Source: Octopus sinensis
Lineage: Eukaryota
DNA: 64,000 nt
Reading direction: 5' to 3'
NCBI RefSeq assembly: GCF_006345805.1
Contig: NC_043002.1
Span: 81,840,001-81,904,000 of the forward strand
Shown: piece by piece, positions 50,675 through 63,972 of the stretch
Layout: the number at the start of each line of letters is the position of its first letter
How positions within the stretch are numbered: position 1 is the stretch's first letter
The notes under the pieces: model-generated
The model's database searches: none
What the model saw: only the letters and a program-made list of their open reading frames with translations
What the model was told of the DNA's origin: nothing
Translations under genes and position numbers: made by a program

Positions 50675-51176
50675 CATATATATATATACACACACATATA
50701 TATATACACACACGCACATATTTATTTCCCACCCAATTGTTTTGTCTTTTGAAACGATATAAATGTTGTTGTCTGTTGTCGATTATGGTTTTTGTTTTGT
50801 TCAATAGTTCAGCAGTTTCTCCCATCTATTGTCTTTTGAGTTCATGTTGCGTTTATAGTAGATTATGCTTCCATAGTTAAGTGTTACATACATAGACAAT
50901 AACACTATAACAATAATAATACATATTATAATATAAAACGTGTGTGTGTGTGTGTGCGCGCGTGTGTGCACATGAGACCATGCTTCTATTACTTTTTAAT
51001 TGAAGAAAAAGAAGTTTTATTTGCAAAATAGTAAAGGAAATATGATGGTGATGTTTTAGATTTTCTATTTCCTTTCTGTTTTCCTGGAACATCCTCCATC
51101 CACGCCAACTGCATAAATATCAACTCTATTTTCTTTTTCTCTTTTTGTCTTTGTGTGCTATTCCTTTCTAAGTGTG

Positions 51177-51207
<31 letters not shown>

Positions 51208-51498
51208 GTATAGTCTCTGCAATTTCCCCCCCCCCCCCCTAATTTTTGATGGACATAGAGAAGAGGAAAAAAAAAATGTAAATGAAAGCACAATGAAGTG
51301 ATGTTCATAAGAGAGTAGCAGGAAGGGCAAACAAAGATAGCATATATATATATCCCTGTGTTATTGTTACTGTTGTATATTTCTCAATTCTACTAGAACT
51401 ATATTAGATAAACCTTTGGGGGGTGGGGGGAGCACAAAAGAAAAAAAAAGAAAAATAAAGCGTCTGTGTGTTCTGCTACACAAATAAATACATATTAT

Positions 51499-51528
<30 letters not shown>

Positions 51529-51530
<2 letters not shown>

Positions 51531-51580
51531 TCTAACGTAAAAAGTAAATTACATAATGTGTGTATGTATGCATAAATTAC

Positions 51581-51618
<38 letters not shown>

Positions 51619-51670
51619 GTAATTTATGCATACATACACACATTATGTAATTTACTTTTTATGTTAGAAT
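51529..51670. repeat. 142-bp near-perfect palindrome centred on (TA)n
   Basis: attctaacgtaaaaagtaaattacataatgtgtgtatgtatgcataaattacat-(TA)n-reverse complement, one mismatch. Confidence 0.97.
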
Positions 51671-51869
51671 TGTTTTCTGAATGAATCTGCTATAAACATT
51701 TCATTATTATTATTATTGTTATCATCATCATCGGCATTATTATTAGTATTATTGCTATTTTGTAAGGTGACTCAGACAGACAAGAAGTATTTGATTGATT
51801 TTTTAAAAATTGTTTTTGCTTAGTATTTTATTTATAAACACACATACATAGATACATACATACATACAT

Positions 51870-51900
<31 letters not shown>

Positions 51901-53410
51901 TACATGCATACATACATACATGTCTTTTATTTTTCTTACATTCCCTTTCTCTTAATTTGAAGAAAAACTCTATGAACTTCTTCCATTCCATTTTCCCTTG
52001 AACAATCATTTTTGGATTCCATTGATAATCCCATGCCACCAAGTTCGTTGTTTGTACATGTGTCTGCATATATATGTGCTCCACCATGGGTGCATGCCAA
52101 TTTTTTGACACAAGGTATGTGAGCTTTTGCTCTTTTGGTGGATTTTTTTTTTTTTTTTGCTATCCTCAAATTTTATAGACAAAAAAAAAAAATTTGCACA
52201 TGCCAATGTCTATCTTTATACCATCATCATCAGTAGCAGCAGCTGTTTGCCTCGTTTTTATTCTCCACACTGGCATGGGTTGTATAGGTAGAACAACATC
52301 TTAGCTCATGTCAAAGCTCCTTTGTCCATCTTGTATACACAATAACAGGGGGAAAAAAAAAATGCCCCCCAAACCCCAGCCTTGTTCTTTTCTTATATAA
52401 TATCATGTTTATATAACTGGATGTCCTTCTTATCACCAACCAGTTTCCCTTTTTATTTTGCTCATAATAAGCTTGTTTTTCCATGCTTGCTTACATGGAT
52501 TAGACGAGTTTGTTATTTAAGTCAGTGTTTTACAGCCGGATACTTTCCTTCTAGCTAACTCATTATTTATCTTTTGAGTTAAGAGATATTTTGGTCTACC
52601 TGGCTTTGAAGGCATAAAGCGATCAGCTGATGACAACAACAGCACTGTCTGCCACAATTTTCATAGAAGTGATTGTAGATATAAATGTGTGCATGTGCAC
52701 ACATGCACATACACACAAGCACATGCACACACGAATGCAACTGTTTTCTTTTTTGCCTCCCAAACTTACTTGTAAGTCTTTGATCAGCTCAGGGATGCAA
52801 TAGAAAGACACAGGTAGACTGAATATGAAATGATTTGATTAAGAATTGAACTTTTCAACTGCACATCCATACCTGCAAGGGTAACGCACATGACTTTAGC
52901 AGATCCTGTCAGACTGCAGAACTTAATGCAAATGCAATGGATGCCAGACTTATGGAGTTTTGGTCCGGGTCTCTGGGGGTTACTATTGAAATCATAAAAA
53001 CTTGGTATTTTAGTGGTTAATAATATATTGATAAATTGTTTGAGATTTATTTTCCTTCTAATGGAATTGAGATTTCTCAAACACCATTTTGAAATTATCT
53101 AAATTTAGTGAAAATTGCTGTTTTGAAATTCAGAGGTATTCAAGTAGGTTATAGATACAACAAAGAATTTCTTTTTAAGACTTGTATGATAAATATGTAC
53201 AAGTGACTGTTCAACATTTTTTCGTTTTACTACAAATGAATCATGTATGTGATGAGCAAGGCATAAAAATATGGCACAGCAATAAAGGAAAGAAAAGGGG
53301 GAAAAAAACAGAGAAAGGAAGAGAAATACAAAAATATAAAAAAAGTGGAAAATGAGGTCAGCACTTTACAAATACTGGAGTAAAAATATTTGGCATTATA
53401 ACTGACAGAC

Positions 53411-53930
53411 CATACATACATACATACATACATACATACATACATACATACATACATACATACATACATACATACATACATACATACATACATACATACA
53501 TACATACATACTACACCTACATACATACATACATACATACATACATACATACATACATAACATACATACATACATACATACATACACATACATACATACA
53601 TACATACATACAACATACATACATACATACATACATACACATACATACATACATACATACATACATACATACATACCTACATACATACATACATACATAC
53701 CATACATACATACATACATACATACATACATACATACATACATACATACATACATACATACATACAATCATACATACATACATACATACATACATACATA
53801 CATACATACATACATCATAACATACATACATACATACATACATCTATCTGTGTGTATGTGTGGGTGTATCTATCTATCTATCTATATATATTGTGTGTGG
53901 TGTGTGTGTAATATATATATATATAATATG

Positions 53931-53961
<31 letters not shown>

Positions 53962-54036
53962 TTATATAATATGTATGTATATATATATGTATGTATATAT
54001 ATATGTATGTATATGTATGTATATATATGTTATATG

Positions 54037-54069
<33 letters not shown>

Positions 54070-54358
54070 GTATATATATATGCTATATATATGTATATAT
54101 ATATATATTATGTATATATATATATATATTATATAGTATATATATGTATATATATATATATATATTAATATGTATATATATATATTATATATAGATATAT
54201 ATATATGTTATATATATATATATATGATATATATATATATGTATATATATATTATGTATATATATATGTATGTATATATATATATGTATATATATATGTA
54301 TATATATATATATGTATATATATATATAGATATATAATATATATATATATATATATAT
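53411..54358. repeat. Large (CATA)n array (about 430 bp) followed by degenerate (TA)-rich array (about 500 bp)
   Basis: Seen directly; source of the long MYVC and IYIY ORFs. Confidence 0.97.
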
Positions 54359-54940
54359 GAAAGCTTAACAGTGTATATCTATCCATCTGGATCTAATCTA
54401 TGTTGTCTCACTGTTGTGAGTTCAATTCACACCTGATCTGGCTTTTTTTTCTTTCTTTCTTTGTATAGTAATCAACTCAACTTGGTGCTAGTACAATGAC
54501 TGCAAAGGTTGATTCAATCAACTATTTACTGATCCTGTCAATAACAAATATACTGATCCTGTCAATAACAAAAGTGTTCATTATTTACTTAATGGGAAAG
54601 GATAAATTTCATTTTAAGATATTAAATTCTATATTATTTCATCCCATCCCAATTAGTATTAGTTTATTGTTGTTATTATTATTATTAATATTATTATTAT
54701 TATTATTATTGGATTTGGTTTAAATATTGTTGTTGAAGTAGTTAGTGGAGCGGTGATCTGAGACTTCAGCATGGATTGTCAGGAAAATAACCATTGAAAT
54801 AAAACTGAGTAATATTGGTATTTTCTCTGCCTTTTGGCTTTACATCAAATTATGGCACACATGTGTGTGTGTGTGCTTGTGTGCACATCTCTATATGTAT
54901 CTTTGTGAATATTCACATTCTGCATCCTTACATGAAAGTT

Positions 54941-55122
54941 TTAACCCTTTAGCATTTAAACTGATATTCTACCAGTTTTACATAGAAACTGGCCATAGCC
55001 TCTCACACCTACCCTGTTCTGAAAATAATCGAAGCTATGAGATAATACATGATTAATACAAAACAATATGGAATAAATAAGCATTTACATTTAACAGAGT
55101 AAATCTGATGCTAAAGGATTAA
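54941..55122. mobile_element. MITE family D copy, TTAA-flanked
   Basis: TTAA-ccctttagcattt ... atgctaaagga-TTAA. Confidence 0.85.
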
Positions 55123-57200
55123 TAAAAGGCAAAAATTATATATGGTGACCTTTGTTAACATCTCCTGCTAACAGATTTGTCTCATTACTTTCATGCTTTC
55201 AGAAATGAGTAGAATTAAAAATAGAAATAAAAAGCAAGGAAGGTAAGGTTTGATGTTAGGAAGGGCATTTGGCTTCGATGCATATTCATCCAAGCCATGT
55301 TAGGAAGGACCCCCCCCCCCCCAAAAAAAAAACAAGACTTAAACTGGATAAAATGAAGACTGATAGGGGCATAATAGAAGTTATTTGTTGTGGATAGCTA
55401 TAAAATTATGAGTGATGCACCGTAGATGTTGACTTGGTTTCATGTTTTATACTAACTAGATTCAATAATTTCTAGATTAAACTTATTTTAACCAGACCCT
55501 TTCAAACAAATCCCAAATGGCCTTAAAGAGAAAGAATATTTAAGATAATAAACTGGCATAGAAGCAATATGAGCAACTTTGCAATTTCTATGAAATCAGT
55601 GGCTTTCATTTTGGAGAACATGTACAGTATTATGTAGTATTCTAATAAACAGGATCTTAGCATCACATTTTGTGAATTATTTTCTCCTTTAGGTTTTTTT
55701 CCCCCCCCTTGTAATTTTTTTTTTTTTTTTTTTAGTGGGGGTATTATCTTGGCAAAAAACATTCAATAGGAATCTGTTGTCAAGCATCTTAGAAAATACA
55801 TCTCACACATCTGTTAAGAATCTCTCTTGTTAAGAAACACTCAAAGAAGTATCCAACAAACTGCCTCTCCTATCAGGAACTCGGGTTTATTCTATCAAGT
55901 GCAAATAGAGCCATTTCCCTAGAATGTGCCATTCCTATTATTTGCCCCATTGCGTTAATACTTCCACAATTGCTGCTCTTGTAAAGTCTATGGATATTAA
56001 CCCCCCCTCCCCCTTCCCTGTCCCTCACAGCACTCTCAGGCATCATGTCCAGTGTGTCCCTAATCCAATCCTTTTATTATTGTGTTGATCAACTCCACAG
56101 CCTGCCACCCCTTGTTTCCAGGCTGCTCTCCTTTTGCTATTCTTCTCTCCTATAAGCTACAACCTCTTCAAACTAACAATCAATTAGACCATTGTCACTT
56201 CTCTGGGTCCCGCATTTGTCAACCTACGGATTTTTTTCTTCTTCTTGTTCCTATTATTTTTTCTTCTTTTTTTTTTGTCTTTCATTATAAAAATGAAGAT
56301 TATTAAGAAAAAGAATGAATAAAAGAAAAGCAAGAAATAAATATATATATAGATATATATATAATACCAAAAAGAAAAAGAACATTTCTATGAGCTTTAT
56401 TAACATGTAATAAGTTCAATTTTCTCAAGATATAACTATTCAATATGAAGAATATATTTGATTAGAATGTCATTTTGCCTGTTTCAGAAATACACTGCTG
56501 TCCTGTGTCAAATCCCCAATGTTCAATATATATATATTATGTCTGCTGTTGTAATTTTCTATTCTCTTACATGTATGCATACACATATACATACATTAAC
56601 ATATATATATATATACACACATTTTAAGGCTTTACAGTTCCCAATTATTCTATATATTTCTTTTTATAGTAGTTTCTAATTAATCTCCCAAAAAAAATAA
56701 AGAAAGAAAGAAAGAAAAAATATTATATAGTGGCGGGTGGGGTGGGGGAGGAATAAATTGAAAACATTTTCAGTTTCCTAAGATTTTTGTGATTAAGTCA
56801 GTTAGTGAGAAATAATGGAGAAATTTCCTGCAAAACACTCTCTTTCCGCCCCCGCTACACACACAGTGAAATTGAACACAAGCAACATCTCCGACCATAT
56901 CATTCAATTGTTATTTCTTTATGTATGTTTATAGATTAAGTCCTCTTTATATAGATTCTAGTATAACCAGGGTTTTTTTTTCTCTCTAGTGTAGCTTATG
57001 CACTTAAACTGTAAATTGATTATCGTACTAGATCAAGCATTTTACTGTTTTATTCTTTTCTATTCTTTTCTCTATATCTTCACCATTTACTGATTGTATT
57101 TGCTTCTCAAGTATACAATTTATAGTTTCTTTTTTTTTTTATGATGATTTTTTGTTGTTGTTGTTGTTGTTGTTATTATTATTATATAATGTTAATTGTA

Positions 57201-57250
57201 ATGACTAATATCTATATATATGTGTTTTATTCTTTATTTTTCAGGTAAGT
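57201..57250 (+). promoter_or_regulatory. Juxtaposed 3' and 5' splice signals (candidate recursive splice site)
   Basis: gaCTAAT branch-like motif (A at 57208), AG-free tract tgtgttttattctttattttt, then CAG|GTAAGT. Confidence 0.5.
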
Positions 57251-57494
57251 ATCCTTAATATCCAAAGAAGTGAGGTGAGATATTCTAATTCCTTCCTAAT
57301 ATCTGTGGATGTTACATACATAAAAAAATTGGTGAATTTTATGGATTCAGACCATCTGTTTGGTATGTATATTCCTTCTATATTGACATTATCAGGGAGC
57401 TCTTTCTTTCCTTTTTCTTGTTTTGTAACTATTAGCTTTTCATATGTCAGTTTAATGGCATAAAGTCCCTTCTTTCAGAAATTGGCATCAGCTT

Positions 57495-57532
<38 letters not shown>

Positions 57533-57551
57533 CATACACACACACACACAC

Positions 57552-57595
<44 letters not shown>

Positions 57596-57745
57596 ATAAA
57601 GTTTGTCATAAACAGCTTGTAAAAATATTTATTTTCAATCTCAAAAGCAAATAATGTGTGTCTGGGGGGTGTATATGTATCCTGTGCATATATATGAGTA
57701 TCTATATAGATGTATGTGTGTGCATATACATGTGTATATATATGC

Positions 57746-57793
<48 letters not shown>

Positions 57794-59019
57794 TTGTGAA
57801 CATGCACTTACATATAACCTTTTAAGCTTAACACTTTAGTCTGCATACTATAAAATATTTCCTAATATATTAGTTTTCCACTGTTCAAGAAGCTTTAACA
57901 TAATTTCTGCCAGATATATATTGTTTGATCGAAGGAAATAACAGAGAAATCAACTTGCGTCTTAGTGTATTTATCACAGATATTGATGCCATAGAGATAT
58001 TTGTTAACCAAACATTATGATCTGCTTAATGTATTTCTACGGACACCAATATTGATATCTAGTAGTTTGTTGCTAGGAAAGAATTTTTCTTGATGACAAA
58101 AGAATATATTTTTGCCTTGACCAACTTAAGAAAAGAAAAGAAAAAAATAGAAACTAGCCATTTTATGTTGCGTTTAAGTCTGAGGATATTATAGTTCTTG
58201 CTTATATATTTCTCCCTCTCTTTTCGCACTATCACTATCGGCACCATCAGTTATTGTAGCTTATTTTTTCTCCACTTGTTTTTTTCCAAGCTTTAACAAT
58301 CTAGTGTTCTTTTTAAAGCCATGCCAATGAATAACTATTGAAATCTTTTTAAATGTTGTTGTTATTATTATTATTATTATTGAAACATTTAGTTTACATT
58401 TACACATACATACACATGCCGTATTTCTTACTTTCTTTTTATCTCTCTCTCTCTCTCTCTCCATTCTCTCGTTCTTATCCACTCTAGTACGAGAAGGCTG
58501 TTGAGCTGCCGTTTTTATTTTGATCATATATGACAGGTGACTAGCCCATTACAGACTGGAGAGATCTAATACTGCCATACTTGAAAACATTTTATGATCA
58601 AATCTCATCTAATAACTGAGAGATTAGAATTGATACTTCTACCATCACTATCATGTGTCATTATTTTCTAACATGTCTGAGGGCTGAGGTGGTGAGAGTG
58701 TATGTTGGAGGAGAGGGTAAGGGTCGGTAGAATTGTTTTCTTATTTCGATTCATAGATTCTTGAATGAAATGGTTAAAAGTACTTGCCTTTTAAACAATT
58801 GATGTTTGCTTGACTGGGTTTTTTTTTCTTTCGTTCTTTCTTTCTTTTTTTCCTTTTCTTATATTGCGCTGATTTTTCCATTCTTCCAGCATCATTTCTA
58901 AATAGAGTTTATGGTGTTAACCCACTAGCATAGAGAATTTAGGTTCAATTTCTCTGTGTGTGTGTGTATATATGTGTATGTATATATATATATATATATA
59001 GATATATATATGTATATAT

Positions 59020-59637
59020 CAGTGATCAGTGGTGACTCCAGCACTTAGGCTGTTCGGGCTTAACCCAAGTATAAATTTAGTCAAGTGAATGTGTATTTGC
59101 TAGCTGATTTAATTTTAGCCAATAACCTGGGTTCCTTTTATTGAACCTGGTCACAGTTCATTTATTTTTGTTCAACATCTGGCGGTCATCTGAGAAGTCC
59201 CTTGTGTCCAAAAATATCATTCGTAGCAGACGTTCTCTCAACATCGTTCACCTGCTCCTGACTCAGGCTCAGAAGTTACAGCCCTAGTTGTTATCTATAA
59301 TCATAAAAATTAAAAGTAATTCAAATTCAGTGTTTTCTTGAAAGAATAAATTTCTCTAGAGATTAGGATTTACATACTAATCTATGAAAATTTTCCATTC
59401 TACAATATTCTTAAAGGAACAAAAAAATTATTCAGAAACTCTGGCTTATACAAACGAGCCTGGTAGGTATAAAAGGCTAACTGGCATCTCTTGTCAAGGG
59501 TACAGACGACAGTCAGATCACTGATGTTTGTTCTGCAAGCCACTTGGGGCTAGAAATGTTGTGGAAAAATATGAAAATTTTTGAAGGCAAAATCTGTGGT
59601 GAGCCCGAGTGATGCTGATGACCTGATGTTGCCTCTG
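59020..59637. mobile_element. Possible old non-autonomous hAT-like element
   Basis: Imperfect termini cagtggtgactccag / ctgatgttgcctctg in a TA tract; possible TSD gtatatat / atatgtat has two mismatches. Confidence 0.3.
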
Positions 59638-59660
59638 ATATGTATATGTATGCATTCTTT

Positions 59661-59779
59661 TGCTTGTTCAGTCATTTGACTGTGGAAGTCCGCCCCTTTT
59701 GCCAAACCATTAAGTTATGGGGATGTAAACTCACTAACATTGGTTGTCAAAGGAGGGGGGGGGGCAAACACAGACACAA

Positions 59780-59820
<41 letters not shown>

Positions 59821-60052
59821 TAGATAGATATATGTATATAGATAGATAGATATATGTATATAGATAGATAGATATATGTATATAGATAGATAGATATATG
59901 TATATAGATAGATAGATATATAGATAGATATATAGATAGATAGATATATAGATAGATAGATATAGATATAGATAGATAGATAGATATAGATAGATAGATA
60001 GAGATAGATAGATAGATAGATAGATATATAGATAGATAGATATAGATATATG

Positions 60053-60097
<45 letters not shown>
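59661..60097 (-). mobile_element. SINE A 3' part with about 320-bp (TA)/(TAGA)n expansion
   Basis: ttcagtcatttgactgtgg...taagttatggggatgtaaac...caaacacagacac then microsatellite. Confidence 0.8.
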
Positions 60098-60100
<3 letters not shown>

Positions 60101-60245
60101 GACGTTTATAGAAAAAACAAATGACGAAGGCAGGTGTATGAACAACAAACAAGTGTATTAGTTTGATGCTCGGGACAAATGAAAAAATCTTTTACATTTT
60201 GAGCCTATGCTCTTCAACAGAAAGGAATAAGAGTAAATGAAAAAA
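60098..60245 (-). mobile_element. Penelope-like terminal repeat fragment with hammerhead-like core
   Basis: Homologous to 63060-63245; minus strand CTGTTGA-A-GAGC atag GCTC-AAAAT. Penelope assignment inferred from the motif only. Confidence 0.45.
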
Positions 60246-61159
60246 TGCATATATATACACATGCACATTTTCTCATTGTGAATGGAATTGATTGACAGAG
60301 ACCAAAAGAAGCCCATCGTATGTGTGTGTTTTTTTTGGGGGGGGGTACAGCTTGTGTTTACATAAACCCTGTAACTTAGCAGTTCAGCAAAATAGACAAA
60401 TAGAATAAGTACTAGGCTTTAAAAAAAAAAAAAGGAAAACATACTGGGCTCAATTCATTTGGCTAAGAAATTCTTCAAGTCGATGCCCCAGCATGGCCGC
60501 ATTAAAAAAAAATATAAAGCCATAAAGGTAAAATCACATCGTCAAAATCTTGAAGCTATGAGACAATACTTGATTAATTCAAAACAATATGAATGAAATA
60601 AGCATCATATTTCACAGAGCAGTCTGAATGCTGAAGGTACTACGCGAGTGCCTTTTCCTCCCATTGCTTTATATTATGTGAGCGACATTGTGTAGATGGA
60701 AGCTGGCAAGACTGTCGGTGGTTGGACCATAGTTGTACTGAGAAGGCTAGCTTTGTTTTACGTTGTGATCACACTGGCTCTACATTAAGATTATATTAAG
60801 TGTGTGTCTGTGTGTGTGTGTGTGTGTGTGGAATATTTGGCCTCTTGTATGATACTTCAATGAATAAACTGATCAGTTGTCTCGATAACTGGAATACTCC
60901 TACGTAAAATCCAATGGTGATTTACATAGTTTTCTATTTAGGAATAATAAGCTTTGTTTTATTTTTAAATATGATTTTATTCTAATTAGTTATTTGTTGT
61001 TGCGTAAAGTTATCTTCTGTTTGGATATTTAAACTTTTCTTTTACTGGAGTATGATAACTAACCATGGTAAAACTCTAGGTGTATGTGTTTGTGTGTGTG
61101 TTTGAAGAAATATGTGTGTATATGTATATGCATGCTCATGATATGTTATAGCTTTCACT

Positions 61160-61345
61160 TTGTGGCACAAGGCCAGATGTTAGTCAATTACATTGAGCCC
61201 AGTACTTAACTTGTGTTCATTTTATCGTCCTTGAAAGGATGAAAGGCAAAGTTGGCCTTAGTGGAGTTTGAACTCTGAACATAAAGATAGACAAAATGCT
61301 GCCAAGCACTTGTTCTGTGTACTAACAATTCTGTCAGTTTGCCAT
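61160..61345 (-). mobile_element. SINE family B copy
   Basis: gaaaggatgaaaggcaaagttggcc...tttgaactctgaac...ctaacaattctgtcag. Confidence 0.85.
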
Positions 61346-61349
61346 AATA

Positions 61350-61380
<31 letters not shown>

Positions 61381-61840
61381 TACAAAAGATGGGCTACAGC
61401 AAATATTCTGCTCAATACCACAGATTTGCTTGTCAGTTGTTTGATCTTAACCTGTTGAGCATGTCCCTCAGTGGCTGACGATATGTGCATCTCGGATCAC
61501 GAGCAGAAGTAGTGGGGGAACATCATAGCCATGTGTTGAGAGGAATTCTGTGGGGTTTGGATAATTTACCTCTGGAAACATGGGTGTTTCATTCAACATC
61601 CTTAAACAGCCCTTATTCAGGGACCTTTTGAGCGGGATGGGCTACTGAACCCGAAGAATACTCTAACTGGGCCCCACCGGCAAGGTCATGCACTGTTTAT
61701 CTTGATATGAGATCACCATTTTGCACACATATGGTTGTGATGCATGTGCCTTATCAGACAGTGAGTCATGATGGGTATACTGGGCTACGTATATTTTACC
61801 CCAGTTTTACTTTGATGGCATGCACCGTTCTCTCACTCAA
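61381..61840. repeat. Unclassified 460-bp GC-richer element flanked by (AAT)n on both sides
   Basis: Sharp compositional boundaries at AAT tracts; no recognisable ORF or TIR. Confidence 0.55.
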
Positions 61841-61864
61841 TAATAATAATAATAATGATTTCAG

Positions 61865-62072
61865 TTTTTGCTACAGGGGCAGCAATTTTGGGGGAGTGGT
61901 TGAATCGATTACATTGAGCCACCAGTGTTCAGCTGGTACTTAATTTATCAATACGATAAGATGAAAGGCAAAGTCAACTTTGTTGGAATTTGAACTCAGA
62001 CTGCAAAGATAGATGAAATGCTGGTAAGGATTTTGCTAGGCATGCTAACGATTCAGCCAACTCACCACCTTA
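61865..62072 (-). mobile_element. SINE family B copy
   Basis: ctggtacttaatttatc...gatgaaaggcaaagtcaac...gctaacgattcagccaactcaccacc followed by (AAT)n. Confidence 0.85.
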
Positions 62073-62789
62073 ATAATAATAATAATGATAATAATAATGA
62101 TAATAGTGGTGGCAAGAGCAGCAGCAATATTAATAACAATATCCTGATTGAAATGTTTCTACCTGAAATATTCATGTATAAATTAAGCTAAACCCAAAAC
62201 ACTAGTGAAATTTAATTTGCAGAATAAATATTTTCACTGCTCTTTGACCCATCAAATAATTATCTAGATAATTGCAGAGACAGTTGTAATGTTGTTGTCA
62301 GGAATAGTTATTTTGTATTTTATTGGTTCTGAACAGACCTTAATTGTTTTTGTTTTTTTTTTTTTTGTTGTCGTTGTTTCTTATTTTTTATTTTTTATTA
62401 ATGTGTGTGTGTGTATGTGTGTGTATTTATGAAGTTTAGATCATATTCAGCCAAAAAAGTATACAGAAACTTGTTTTTGCTTTGATGAAAATTCAATTAT
62501 ACCCATGAAATAACACAGATTTACAGTAGGCCAAACATCTTATGAACGAAGAACTTTGATGTATAATAAGATTTCAGTGTTAGTTTGTGCATTTGTTAAT
62601 TAAGACTCTATGGTCCAAAAGCCATATGAATTAAGCTGTATTGTATGTAGAACTAAATTCAAAACTGTTCAAATACACACAATGCAAATTGATTTGAAGA
62701 TGTGCAATGGTGGTTTAGTGAAATACCGGCGAGTTAAACAAATTTTATAGCTCACACTTTCCAAAGTTAGAGGCATCTTTTTTATCTTT

Positions 62790-63392
62790 TGCTTGTGTCG
62801 GTCATTGAACTGCAGCCATTCTGAGGTACCACTTTGAACAGTTTTTATTTAACAGGACTGATCCCAGTACTTACACTTTTTTCAAAGCCCAATACTTATT
62901 CTATTGATATCTCTTTGCCATACTGCTACTTTAAGAGGGTGTAAACAAACAAACACTGGTTGTCATGTGGTGGTGGGGAACAAACACAATCACAAAGATA
63001 CTCATAAATATATACATACATGTATGTGTACATGTATGCGTGTGTGTGTGTATACATATGAGGAGAGTTTATGAAAAAAACAACAAAAGACGAAGACAGG
63101 TGGTGTACAAAACAAACAGATGTGTTAGTATAACGCTCAGGAATAGAAAAACTCTTTTATGTTTCGAGCGTACGCTCTTCTACAGAAAGGGACACAGAAA
63201 ACAAGGAGAGAAAAAAAAATGTGTGTAGTGGCTAACAATCTATCATGGCGTGTGGGCTTCTTTCAGTTTTCATCTACCAAATCCACTCACAAGGCTATAA
63301 TTGGCTTGGGCCTATATTAGACAACACTTTTGCAAGATGCCATGCAGTGGAACTGAACCCAGGACTATGTGGTTGGGAAGCAAACTTCTTAG
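62790..63392 (-). mobile_element. SINE A interrupted in its internal microsatellite by a Penelope-like fragment (63060-63245)
   Basis: SINE A body stops at caaacac.. and resumes at gggcttctttcagttt (63254). Insert carries minus-strand CTGTAGA-A-GAGC gtac GCTC-GAAAC. Confidence 0.75.
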
Positions 63393-63734
63393 CATACGGT
63401 TACATCTGCTCCCATGTCCAGATTCATTCAGCTTTTCATCTAAACCCAGTCTCATTAAGAGTATATGTATCAGCAAAATATTGTAATAATTATTGTAAAA
63501 CGAGACATTGTCTGTTAGGTCAGGTTCATGGATCAACAGCTAGAGTTAATGTTGCGTATCTTGATCAGAGACAGTCAGATTTACCATTAAACAACGACCT
63601 CCTAAACAATGGGCTTCTAGTCATATTTAAACACCAAAACTGTTTAACTTAGGGGTTTATTTCACCCATTTGTTGGCCAATACCACTTATAAGCAATTAA
63701 AGGGTCATTTAATCTTGTCAATAAACAGGGGCAA

Positions 63735-63972
63735 TGAATTAGCAAGAATCACTGGAGCGACAAAGAAAATGCTTTACGGTGTTTTATTACAAGCCTTTGT
63801 GTTCTGAGATCAAATCCCATTGAGATCAGCTTAGCCTTTCAGCCTTATGGAGTGGTGGTGGGTGTTAAAAATATGTAGCACCTGTCAAGTACTGGGGTGA
63901 ATATAATTTACAGTATCCTGACCTCCAGTCCCCAGTCCCTAAATCTGTAGCCTTGTGTCATTGTTAGAAATC
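63735..63972 (+). mobile_element. SINE family B, diverged copy
   Basis: gttctgagatcaaatccc...gcctttcagcctt...caagtactggggtg...gccttgtg. Confidence 0.7.

Noticed and set aside
51936-52070. Minus-strand exon-like ORF ending at a gtaaga donor
   Set aside because: PKMIVQGKME resembles the RTE C-terminal IVQGKxEG motif and the acceptor is weak; likely LINE debris.
53230-54194. Long ORFs of MYVC or IYIY repeats (also near 4811, 15320, 20526, 29001, 57496, 59715)
   Set aside because: Translations of (CATA)n, (TA)n and (CA)n microsatellites, which lack stops in some frames.
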